Source of the DNA: Candidatus Saccharibacteria bacterium UBA5145
GTDB lineage: Bacteria > Patescibacteriota > Saccharimonadia > Saccharimonadales > UBA4665
Length of the DNA stretch: 64,000 nt
Assembly (NCBI GenBank): GCA_002413865.1
Contig: DHXX01000012.1
Location: 20,241 to 84,240, forward strand
Reading direction: 5' to 3'
Part shown: piece after piece, positions 51,754 to 62,804 of the stretch
Position numbering within the stretch: the stretch's first letter is position 1
Layout: every line of letters begins with the position of its first letter
Made by a program: the position numbers and the translations under genes
Notes under the pieces: generated by a model
Seen by the model: only the letters and a program-made list of their open reading frames with translations
What the model was told of the DNA's origin: nothing
Databases searched by the model: none

Positions 51754-51916
51754 GTCATCCCAAATCACTAACGCTGTCATTCCAAACTCTCAACCCCGTC
51801 ATCCCAAACTCTCAACCCCGTCATCCCAAACTTGATTTGGGATCCAATCGATATAGAACTCATTATTGACTGGGTCCCAGCTTTCGCTGGGATGACAACG
51901 AGGGTGCTGGGATGAC
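51754..51916. repeat. mosaic cluster: three 22-nt half-units, a full type I element, then an extra tag
   Basis: gtcatYccaaa... units start at 51754, 51776 and 51798 (22-nt period). The full 77-bp element is at 51820-51896, followed by gctgggatgac ending at 51916. Confidence 0.9.
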
Positions 51917-51951
51917 TAAGGGGTGGCCCAGGACGGCAAATGGCTCGCCGG

Positions 51952-52809
51952 TTAGTTGAGGCGGAGGAGATATTTTCCGTAACCGCTCTTTTGGAGGGGT
52001 TCGGCTAGGGTTTTGAGCTCGGCGGTGGTGATGAAACCTTGGCGGTAGGCGGCTTCTTCGATACAGCCGATTTTGATGCCGGTGCGCTTTTCGATAACCC
52101 GGATGTATTCGCTGGCGTCGTTCATTGATCCAAAGGTGCCGGTATCGAGCCAGGCCGAACCGCGCTCCATGGTCTGGACTTTTAGCTTGCCGCGCTTGAG
52201 ATATTCTTCGTTGACGCTGGTGATTTCTAGTTCGCCGCGGTCGCTCGGCTGGATGTTCTTGGCGATCTCGACGACGTCGTTATCATAAAAGTAGAGGCCG
52301 ACGACGGCGAAGTTGGATTTGGGCTGGGCTGGCTTTTCTTCGATCGAGACGGCGTGGTTTTGGGCGTCGAACTCGACGACACCGTAGCGGGCCGGGTCGG
52401 AAACTTCGTAAGCAAAGACAGTGCCGCCATCGGGGTCGGAACAGCCTTTCAGACTAGCGCCGAAAGCCTCGCCGTAGAAGATGTTGTCACCGAGGATCAG
52501 GGCGACCTTATCGTCGCCGATAAAGTCTTCGCCGATTATAAAGGCCTGGGCCAGGCCGTCGGGCGAGGGCTGGGCGGCGTACTGCAGCTTGATGCCGAGC
52601 TCGCTGCCGTCACCGAGCAGGCGCTGGAACTGGGATTGGTCGTCGGGCGTGGTGATAATCAGGATGTCGCGGATACCGGCTTGCAGCAGCGTGCTGAGCG
52701 GGTAGTAGATCATCGGCTTGTCGTAGATCGGCATCAGCTGCTTGGAGATGCCTTTGGTAATGGGGTAGAGACGGCTGCCTGAACCGCCGGCTAAGATTAT
52801 GCCTTTCAC
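51952..52809 (-). CDS. rfbA: glucose-1-phosphate thymidylyltransferase
   Basis: [41 protein letters not shown] start at 52809 overlaps the rfbD stop (GTGA), with GGAG upstream. The ORF-track ATG at 52854 would add 15 non-conserved residues. Confidence 0.9.
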   Translation of the reverse strand: MKGIILAGGSGSRLYPITKGISKQLMPIYDKPMIYYPLSTLLQAGIRDILIITTPDDQSQFQRLLGDGSELGIKLQYAAQPSPDGLAQAFIIGEDFIGDDKVALILGDNIFYGEAFGASLKGCSDPDGGTVFAYEVSDPARYGVVEFDAQNHAVSIEEKPAQPKSNFAVVGLYFYDNDVVEIAKNIQPSDRGELEITSVNEEYLKRGKLKVQTMERGSAWLDTGTFGSMNDASEYIRVIEKRTGIKIGCIEEAAYRQGFITTAELKTLAEPLQKSGYGKYLLRLN

Positions 52810-53684
52810 TTCGCTAACTCCTTCTGAATATATGTGCTTAAGTCTTCGTGCCAATCGTGTCCAGTATACCCAGTCGCTGCTAGTTTGCTGAGGTCCATGA
52901 TGCTGTTGAGCGGTCGGGGGGCGATACCGTCTTTGCCGGCGTAGTATTCGGCGGTCGAGGTATCGGTGACTGCTAGGTCATAACCGGCGACTGTGAAGAT
53001 GAGGCGGGTAATGTCGGCCCAGCTGGCCGGCTCGCCGCTGTTGGTGGCGTTGTAGGTACCGTAGGCGGCGTTGGTGGTAACGAGGTGGTCAATTATGGCG
53101 ACGAGCTCGCTAGTGAAGGTCAGGCGGCCGATTTGGTCGCTGACGACGGTCGGGGCGATGCCGCGCTGGCCGAGGCCCAGCATGATGCCGACGAAGTTCT
53201 TGCCCTCGCCGATCACCCAGGTGGCGCGCAGCAGGTAGTGCTTAGGGGCGAGGGCCACGGCGATATCGCCGGCGGCTTTGCTTTGGCCGTAGACGCTGAG
53301 TGGGCTGTAGTCTTCAGTCTCGGTGTGCGGGTTGAGGGTGCCGTCAAAAACGTAATCGCTCGAGATGTGGACGAGGGTGATGTCGTTTAGTGATGCAATC
53401 TGCGCCAGGTTGGCGGCGCCATTTGCGTTGATTTTCCAGGCCAGTGGGCGACCATCGGCGGTTTCGGCACCGTCGACGTTGGTATAAGCGGCAGCGTTGA
53501 TGATAGTTTTGACGCTCGACCAGTCAAAGTCGGCCAATTGCTGGGCGGCGGTGATGTCGAGCAGGTTGCTATCGACGGCTTGGGCGGCGGGGTACTTGGC
53601 TTGCAGGGCGCGGCCCAGTTGGCCGTTGGCACCGATGATTAACAGGCCGGCTTGGTCCACTCTAAAACTCCATCGGAATGACAT
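52806..53684 (-). CDS. rfbD: dTDP-4-dehydrorhamnose reductase
   Basis: [14 protein letters not shown] Rossmann motif, YGQSKAAGD (YxxxK), ~285 aa. The start may be GTG 53660 (just after the rfbC stop) rather than 53684. Confidence 0.85.
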   Translation of the reverse strand: MSFRWSFRVDQAGLLIIGANGQLGRALQAKYPAAQAVDSNLLDITAAQQLADFDWSSVKTIINAAAYTNVDGAETADGRPLAWKINANGAANLAQIASLNDITLVHISSDYVFDGTLNPHTETEDYSPLSVYGQSKAAGDIAVALAPKHYLLRATWVIGEGKNFVGIMLGLGQRGIAPTVVSDQIGRLTFTSELVAIIDHLVTTNAAYGTYNATNSGEPASWADITRLIFTVAGYDLAVTDTSTAEYYAGKDGIAPRPLNSIMDLSKLAATGYTGHDWHEDLSTYIQKELAK

Positions 53685-54231
53685 CTTTTAATAAGGGGTG
53701 GGCGGCGTCTTTGGCTGAAAAAATGGCCTGGGCTTGGGCAATCGGCCAAGCAATGTCGAGGGCCGGGTCAAAGGCGTTGACGAAGGTGTATTTGGCTTCC
53801 GGCGACCAGTGGGCGTTGACGAGATAGGTGTAGTTGACGCCCTCGTCGAGGGTTTGGTAGCCGTTGGCGACGCCGCGTGGTACGTAGACGGCGGTGCCGG
53901 GGTTGATCTCGAGCGTTAGGCTTTGGCCGAAGGTCGGGCCTTTACGCAGGTCGACCCAAGCGCCAAAGACGCGGCCGTTGGCGACCGAGATATATTTGTC
54001 CCACGGTTCGGCGTGCAAGCCGCGGGTGACGCCGACTTCGACGTTATATGAAAAGTTGTTCTGGACGACATCGAAGGGCGGTAGGCCGAGAGCTTCCAGC
54101 TTGGCTTTTTGGTAGTTTTCTTTGAACCAACCGCGTTCGTCGCCGTGGACGGGCAGCTCAATTTTATAAAAGCCGGGGATGACCGTCTCGCTGACGCGCA
54201 GTTCGTTGTAATCGGCCGGGTCAAAACTCAT
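53662..54231 (-). CDS. rfbC: dTDP-4-dehydrorhamnose 3,5-epimerase
   Basis: 189-aa cupin: GDERGWFKENY...RGLHAEPWDKYISV...GRVFGAWVDLR. Sits within the rfb operon. Confidence 0.8.
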   Translation of the reverse strand: MSFDPADYNELRVSETVIPGFYKIELPVHGDERGWFKENYQKAKLEALGLPPFDVVQNNFSYNVEVGVTRGLHAEPWDKYISVANGRVFGAWVDLRKGPTFGQSLTLEINPGTAVYVPRGVANGYQTLDEGVNYTYLVNAHWSPEAKYTFVNAFDPALDIAWPIAQAQAIFSAKDAAHPLLKDVIPMEF

Positions 54232-54299
54232 TAGTACGATTGTACCATTTACTGACGGCTACCCGGTGTCAATTATCGTCAGGGCAACCCCCTGTAGTT

Positions 54300-54435
54300 G
54301 TCATTCTGAGCAAAGCGAAGAATCTGAGCTGTTGTTGGTAGCGCAGATCCTTCGCCTGCGGCTCAGGATGACGGAGGTGGCGGCTCAGGATGACGGCGTA
54401 CTTTGTCGTCCCAAACTTGGTTTGGGTCCAATCGA
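54300..54435. repeat. mosaic cluster of GTCATCC-tagged repeats
   Basis: A type III element at 54300-54372, an extra ggctcaggatgac, the linker ggcgtacttt, then a degenerate 5' half of type I (gtcgtcccaaacttggtttgggtccaatcgataagg). Confidence 0.85.
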
Positions 54436-54463
54436 TAAGGTCTCTATTTGTAGTTCAGCCAGC

Positions 54464-54979
54464 TTAGCTCGGGAACAAACGCTGCAATGCTTGGATGCCG
54501 AGCTGGATATCTTGGTCGTGTAGTAGTGATAGGTCGAGCCCGCACAGCGGTAATGACTGGATGCCGGCGACGTCGTCGCGAGGGGTGAGTGCCGCAGTGG
54601 TGGTCAGCCGGGTCCAAAAGAAGACGGTGATGACGGGCAATACTTCGCCCTTGAACGGGTACTGGCCGGCGCCACTGGTTAAGTAGCGCAGAGGCTCATA
54701 ATCGGCTGGGGTGAGCGCTAATTCTTCGGTTAGTTCGCGGCTGGCGGCGGCCTCGAAGGTCTCATCACCGTCCAGGAATCCGCCAAACGAATCGAGCATG
54801 CCCTTATGCGGCTCGATGCCGCGGACGGCCAGCAGGACGCGGTTATCGGCGGTTACAAAGAAGACACCGACCGTCGGCGTGGCATTGGCATAAATCGGGT
54901 GTTGATTGGCGCACTGGAAGGCGTGCGGCCCGGTCGGCGTGAGGGGTGTGCCGCAGCGGCGGCAAGCGGTCATCTCCAT
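54464..54979 (-). CDS. NUDIX hydrolase with N-terminal zinc-ribbon
   Basis: CRRCG...FQCANQH, then the NUDIX box GGFLDGDETFEAAASRELTEELAL (G-x5-E-x7-REUxEE). Confidence 0.8.
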   Translation of the reverse strand: MEMTACRRCGTPLTPTGPHAFQCANQHPIYANATPTVGVFFVTADNRVLLAVRGIEPHKGMLDSFGGFLDGDETFEAAASRELTEELALTPADYEPLRYLTSGAGQYPFKGEVLPVITVFFWTRLTTTAALTPRDDVAGIQSLPLCGLDLSLLHDQDIQLGIQALQRLFPS

Positions 54980-54988
54980 GAGTCGGCG

Positions 54989-56020
<1,032 letters not shown>

Positions 56021-56055
56021 TCACCACTTAAGTTATAGACTTTCAACTTATCACT

Positions 56056-56167
56056 GTCATCCCAGCGAAAGCTGGGACCCAGTATATATCTTGTAGCGTT
56101 AGCTACTCCAAAAGAGCTACATAAAGGAACTTGTTATTGACTGGGTCCCAGCTTTCGCTGGGATGAC
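56056..56167. repeat. type II REPIN/MITE-like element (inverted copy)
   Basis: Same 28-bp TIRs as 2103-2214. The interior gtagcgttagctac is the reverse complement of the internal hairpin of the other copies. Flanked by family IV fragments at 56027-56054 and 56208-56230. Confidence 0.9.
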
Positions 56168-56315
56168 AGCAGCAGGCGTGGAATGATGAGAGAGGGGTGG
56201 CTGCAGCCAACTTTATAACTTTCAACTTGCTAAACTCTTCCCCCGAACCGAGCTTCTGCCATGCCTTATGCCGGCCGCTCTGGTATGATGAACGGATGAT
56301 TAGAAGACTCCAAAA

Positions 56316-57395
56316 GTGAAAATTATCGTGACAGCTGGCGGCCAAGGCACCAAGATGTGGCCCTATTCGCGTCAGGATAAGCCCAAGCAATTCCAGTCGA
56401 TCATCGGCGACGTATCGTCCTACGAACAGACAATCAAGACTCTTCTCAAGGAGTTTACGCCCGAGGATATCTACATATCGACCAAGCGTAAGTTTATCAA
56501 GTACGTCTCCGAACAATCGCCCCAAATTCCGCTCAAGAACTATATCGTCGAGCCCGATGTCGCTAAGGACCGCGGGCCGGGCGAGGGCCTGGCCTTTGTG
56601 CGCCTCAGTATCAATCATCCGAATGAACCGTTTTTTATCGTCCAAGCTGATTGCCTGCGCGACCCCGAAGAAGGCTTCTTGCAGATGATACGCGAAGCCG
56701 AAGCGCTCGTTACCGAGCACAAGCAGCTGGTGACGGGCGGCATCAAGGCAACGGAGCCCGACATGGGCGTCGATTACCTGCGACTCGGCGCCGGCGTGCC
56801 CAAGACGCGCGAGGGTTATATGATCGACAAATTCCTATTCCGCCGTAGCAATGTCCGCGAAACACGTAAGCTGATCGGTAATTTCCACGTGGTGGCCCAC
56901 TGTAACCACACTTGCTGGTATCCCGAGCTAATGCTGGAAGCCTACAAGCAATACCGCCCCGACTGGTACGAGGCGCTCATGAAGATCAAAGACTGCATGG
57001 ACAAACCGGGCGAGAACGAAGCCATCGAGAAAATATACGCCGAGATGGAAAAAGGTCCGACCGAAGATGTCACGAATCATGTCATGAACAGTGGCAAAGC
57101 CATGGTGATTCTGCTGCCCTACAACTGGACCGATGTCGGGACCTGGGGGTCGGTGTATGACTTCTTCGAAGACGGCGTCGACAACTACGAAGACGGCAAC
57201 GTCATTGCCGTCGGCACCACGGGTTCACTGATCAAGACTAGCAACAAGAACAAGCTGATTGCCGTCGCCGGACTGCAGGATATGATCGTGGTCGATACCG
57301 AGGACGCGCTGCTCGTAATCCCCAAAGATGACATCGATAAAATCAAAGAGTTGCAGAAAATACTAGCCGAGCGTAGTGAAACCGAATATCTATAA
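56316..57395 (+). CDS. sugar-phosphate nucleotidyltransferase (mannose-1-phosphate guanylyltransferase-like)
   Basis: N-terminal KIIVTAGGQGTKMWPYSRQDKPKQF (G-x-G-T-R/K-x-W-P signature of ManC/CpsB-type NTPs). GTG start. Confidence 0.65.
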   Translation: MKIIVTAGGQGTKMWPYSRQDKPKQFQSIIGDVSSYEQTIKTLLKEFTPEDIYISTKRKFIKYVSEQSPQIPLKNYIVEPDVAKDRGPGEGLAFVRLSINHPNEPFFIVQADCLRDPEEGFLQMIREAEALVTEHKQLVTGGIKATEPDMGVDYLRLGAGVPKTREGYMIDKFLFRRSNVRETRKLIGNFHVVAHCNHTCWYPELMLEAYKQYRPDWYEALMKIKDCMDKPGENEAIEKIYAEMEKGPTEDVTNHVMNSGKAMVILLPYNWTDVGTWGSVYDFFEDGVDNYEDGNVIAVGTTGSLIKTSNKNKLIAVAGLQDMIVVDTEDALLVIPKDDIDKIKELQKILAERSETEYL

Positions 57396-57413
57396 AGCAC
57401 AAGGAGTATTGAA

Positions 57414-58166
57414 GTGAAAAAAGTTATAGCATTTGATTTGGATGATACCTTGGCGATTACCAAGTCACCAATCGACGACCGGATGGGGGTGCTGCTGACC
57501 CGGCTGCTTGATAAGTTTGACGTTTGTATTATTTCAGGCGGTAAGTTCGAACAGTTTAAGAAGCAAGTCATTGACCGCCTGCAGGCCACGCCGCAGCAGC
57601 TGAGCCATATGCACCTGATGCCGACCTGTGGGACGCGCTACTACCGGTATGACGAGGTTACCAGCGAATGGGCGCAACAATATGCCGAAGATTTAACCGA
57701 GCAGCAAAAGACAACGATCACGGCGGCTCTCGAAAAAGCTGCCAAAGAGCTTGGCTATTGGGAAGCGGCACCGGCCGGGGAGATCATCGAAGACCGCGGT
57801 AGCCAGATCACCTATTCGGCGCTGGGCCAGCAGGCCACCGCCGCGGCTAAATACGCCTGGGATCCAGACGGTACTAAGAAACAGAAGTTGCGGGCTTTGG
57901 CCGCCAAAGAGCTGATCGACCTAGAAGTGCGCGCCGGCGGTACGACGTCGATTGACGTGACGCGCATCGGTATTGATAAGGCTTACGGTATGCACAAGCT
58001 CATCCAAGAGCTACAGATTAGCAAAGAGGACATCCTATTCTTGGGCGATAAGCTCCAGGAGGGCGGCAACGACTACCCCGTGAAGGCCATGGGCATCGAC
58101 AGCCTAGAGGTCGATCGCTGGGAAGACACGGCGCTGGCGCTGGAGGCTATCCTGCACGTCCTTTAG
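57414..58166 (+). CDS. HAD-IIB superfamily hydrolase (phosphomannomutase/sugar-phosphatase-like)
   Basis: Motif I AFDLDDTLA, motif IV-like FLGDKLQEGGNDYP. GTG start with AAGGAG 7 nt upstream. Confidence 0.65.
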   Translation: MKKVIAFDLDDTLAITKSPIDDRMGVLLTRLLDKFDVCIISGGKFEQFKKQVIDRLQATPQQLSHMHLMPTCGTRYYRYDEVTSEWAQQYAEDLTEQQKTTITAALEKAAKELGYWEAAPAGEIIEDRGSQITYSALGQQATAAAKYAWDPDGTKKQKLRALAAKELIDLEVRAGGTTSIDVTRIGIDKAYGMHKLIQELQISKEDILFLGDKLQEGGNDYPVKAMGIDSLEVDRWEDTALALEAILHVL

Positions 58167-58234
58167 GGTATGTAGTTAGATAGTGAAATAGTGGATAGGA
58201 AATAGGAAATAGGAATAGCTTCAGCAGCAGCATT

Positions 58235-58308
58235 GTCATCCTGAACGGAGTGAAGGATCTACCCTAGACAAGTCCAAGCTCAGATCCTTCGCTTACGCTC
58301 AGAATGAC
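58235..58308. repeat. type III palindromic element (74 bp)
   Basis: gtcatcctgaacggagtgaaggatct ... gctcagatccttcgcttacgctcagaatgac. Confidence 0.9.
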
Positions 58309-58370
58309 GAAGAGCCAAAGTCCGAGATAACTTTCAACTTTATAAACTTAGATAGGGGCAGAGGATTTCA

Positions 58371-58886
58371 ATGAGTAACGATGACATCCAAAAGACAGCA
58401 GAACTGCTTAAGAAGCTCGAGCCGGGCTTTTTGCCGTTTCCGATATTTGAACAGGTGGCCCGGCTGGTGGCCCTACCAATTGTTGAATTTATCCCGCTGC
58501 GCCGCAGTAACGGCCAAACCGAGGTCTTGCTGATCGCCCGACCCGACGACGACGTCTTGTTTCCTGGCTTGTTGCACACGCCGGGGACGGTGGTGCGGGC
58601 CACTGATATTTCCCGTGAGGGCGGCACCGATTGGGTGCCTTTTGAGCGTATTCTGCGCGAAGAATTGTTCGATACCGAAGTCGGTCCCCCGCACTTTTTC
58701 GGCAGCCAACTTCACGCCAGCAAACGCGGCGCCGAACAGGCCCAACTCTATTGGGTAGAAGTATTGGCGGCGCCAAAAATCGGCGAATTTTACGCCGTCG
58801 ATCAACTACCGACCGGCCTCATCGAGTCGCAGCTCATTTTTATCAACGAAGCCGTCAAGCACTTCGACCGCCACCACTCCGCCTGA
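58371..58886 (+). CDS. hypothetical protein, possibly a NUDIX-fold with degenerate box
   Basis: TEVLLIARPDDDVLFPGLLHTPGTVVRA...FERILREELF loosely follows the NUDIX layout but lacks the full REUxEE motif. Confidence 0.35.
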   Translation: MSNDDIQKTAELLKKLEPGFLPFPIFEQVARLVALPIVEFIPLRRSNGQTEVLLIARPDDDVLFPGLLHTPGTVVRATDISREGGTDWVPFERILREELFDTEVGPPHFFGSQLHASKRGAEQAQLYWVEVLAAPKIGEFYAVDQLPTGLIESQLIFINEAVKHFDRHHSA

Positions 58887-58933
58887 GCCGGTCAGACCGT
58901 TCGGTCAACCATTGTCACGTTCGGTTAACTATT

Positions 58934-59068
58934 GTCATCCCAGCGAAAGCTGGGACCCAGTCAATCAAACAATCCTTTTTATAAGCTTTTAGTAGAGTAG
59001 CTAGCGCTACAAAATATGTACTGGGTCCCAGCTTTCGCTGGGATGACATAGGAGGGGGCTGGGATGAC
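58934..59068. repeat. type II REPIN/MITE-like element plus an extra tag
   Basis: 58934-59047 has the same TIRs and internal gtagctagcgctac hairpin as 2103-2214. It is followed by gctgggatgac ending at 59068. Confidence 0.9.
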
Positions 59069-59074
59069 AGGGTG

Positions 59075-60103
59075 TTAGGGTTTGCCGCTGGCGTAGCCGT
59101 CGGGGTTCTGTGATTGCCAACGCCAGGCGTCGCGGCAGGCGTCTTGGATTGTTAGTTCGGCCTGCCAGCCGAGTTCGGCACGAGCGAGCGCCGGGTCGGC
59201 GTAACAACTGGCGATATCGCCGGGGCGGCGGGCGACTATTTCGTAGGCAATTTCCTTGCCGGAAGCCATCTTAAAGGCAGTTATCATTTCTAAGACCGAA
59301 GTACCTTGCCCGGTGCCGATATTGTAGGCTTTGTAGACATTGGGGTGATCGAGATGGGCCAGGGCGGCGACGTGGGCCCGGGCCAAGTCGACGACGTGGA
59401 TGTAATCGCGGACGCCGGTGCCGTCGGGGGTGGCGTAATCGTCGCCGTAAACCCGCAGCCGCTTAAGCTTGCCGACGGCCACTTGGCTAATATAGGGCAC
59501 GAGGTTATTCGGCGGACCGTTGGGGTCTTCGCCGATGGTACCGGAGGCGTGGGCGCCGATCGGGTTGAAATAGCGGAGCGACGTGATGTTCCAATTTTCA
59601 TGGGTCTGGCTGACATCCTCGAGGATTTGCTCGATCATCAACTTGGTCTGGCCGTAGGGGTTGGTGGCCGATTTGCGGGCTGACTCGGTTATGGGCAGCA
59701 CCTCGGGGTCGCCGTAAACGGTGGCCGACGAGCTGAAGACTAGTTTAGTGACGGCAAACTGCTGCATGACTTCCAGTAGGGTGAGCGTTGATTCCAGATT
59801 ATTTTGGTAGTAGTAGAGGGCTTTGAGGCTTGATTCGCCAACCGCTTTCAGGCCGGCAAAGTGAATCACGGCGTCAAAGCTATGAGCTTTGAAGACCGCC
59901 TGCAACTGGGCGCTGTCGCGCACATCGAATTCGTGGAACTCGATGGTTTGGCCGGTAATCAACTCGACACGTTTTAACGACTCGACGCTGCTGTTGGCTA
60001 AATTATCGACCACTACTACCTCGTGGCCGCTGCTAAGTAGTTCGACGATGGTGTGCGAGCCGATATAGCCGGCACCGCCGGTAACTAGGATGGTTTGTTT
60101 CAT
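59075..60103 (-). CDS. galE: UDP-glucose 4-epimerase
   Basis: [36 protein letters not shown]. 342 aa. Confidence 0.9.
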   Translation of the reverse strand: MKQTILVTGGAGYIGSHTIVELLSSGHEVVVVDNLANSSVESLKRVELITGQTIEFHEFDVRDSAQLQAVFKAHSFDAVIHFAGLKAVGESSLKALYYYQNNLESTLTLLEVMQQFAVTKLVFSSSATVYGDPEVLPITESARKSATNPYGQTKLMIEQILEDVSQTHENWNITSLRYFNPIGAHASGTIGEDPNGPPNNLVPYISQVAVGKLKRLRVYGDDYATPDGTGVRDYIHVVDLARAHVAALAHLDHPNVYKAYNIGTGQGTSVLEMITAFKMASGKEIAYEIVARRPGDIASCYADPALARAELGWQAELTIQDACRDAWRWQSQNPDGYASGKP

Positions 60104-60136
60104 ACGTCTATTCTACCTGAGTCTCAAACTACTACT

Positions 60137-60341
60137 GTCATCCCAACGTTGTCAGCCCAAACCACCTTTCCCGTAATTGTCATTCTGAGCAAAGCGAAGA
60201 ATCTGAGCCGTGACTAGATGAGCTCAGATCCTTCGCCGTCGGCTCAGGATGACAGTGCACCTTGTCATCCCAAACTTGATTTGGGATCCAATCGATATAA
60301 AGATTCTTTATTGACTGGGTCCCAGCTTTCGCTGGGATGAC
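60137..60341. repeat. mosaic cluster: degenerate tags, type III, type I
   Basis: gtcatcccaacgttgtcagcccaaacc, then type III at 60179-60253, the linker agtgcacctt, then type I at 60264-60341. Confidence 0.9.
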
Positions 60342-60364
60342 GGGGAGGACAAAGGGGGCGGACG

Positions 60365-60538
60365 TTATCGAGTTTTAGGAACCAGCTTGTCGGTAGCGGC
60401 TTGAACCGAGGCGGTTTTAAGTTCGATAGCTAGGCGATTTAGCTCAAGCTTAGTCGTGATTTGATCGAATCGGGCGTTCATATTCTTAAACTCAGCCTGC
60501 AGATAGTTGAACAGTTTGGTATATTCGTCTTGGCTCAT
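60365..60538 (-). CDS. small coiled-coil hypothetical protein (57 aa)
   Basis: Hand translation gives MSQDEYTKLFNYLQAEFKNMNARFDQITTKLELNRLAIELKTASVQAATDKLVPKTR. It is the only open frame between two repeat clusters. No clear RBS was checked. Confidence 0.35.
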   Translation of the reverse strand: MSQDEYTKLFNYLQAEFKNMNARFDQITTKLELNRLAIELKTASVQAATDKLVPKTR

Positions 60539-60613
60539 CGTAGATACATTGTACCACTGGTCAGTGGCCGACCAATGCTATTTTAACCTCAAGTTAAGGT
60601 TACCCCCACAGTT

Positions 60614-60790
60614 GTCATTCTGAGCGCGTGCGAAGAATCTGAGCCGTAGCTTTATGGGCTCAGATCCTTCACTCCGTTCAGGATGACAGGGGGGAGTGGG
60701 ATGACGACGGGGCGCTGGGATGACAATGCTGGGCGCTGGGATGACAATGCTGGGCGCTGGGATGACAATGCTGGGGGCTGGGAGGACTGG
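60614..60790. repeat. type III element followed by a 21-nt tandem array of half-units
   Basis: Type III at 60614-60687. Then gctgggatgacaatgctgggc repeats three times (60714-60776), with degenerate units on both sides. Confidence 0.9.
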
Positions 60791-60805
60791 GTCTTGGGGC
60801 TCGGG

Positions 60806-62632
<1,827 letters not shown>

Positions 62633-62804
62633 GCTTGTCTCCTTGCATTTAAGCCCGTTGTTGGGCAATAACCTATCGGTTTGAAACGATTGCTTGTCCG
62701 GATCTTAGTATACCAGCCGCTTGGGGGCTAGAAATTAGGAAATAGGAAAGAGTAGTAAGTGCCATGGTCGACCTAATCCCTAATCCCTAGTTACTTTTAG
62801 GTGC

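Noticed and set aside
60693-60790. CRISPR array?
   Set aside because: The 21-nt units are directly adjacent with no unique spacers, and they are fragments of the GTCATCC repeat family. No cas genes lie in the window.
62633-62800. glmS ribozyme in the glmS leader
   Set aside because: I could not find the conserved core segments of the ribozyme by eye. The leader is short and mostly family V repeat. An Infernal scan with the glmS model would settle this.
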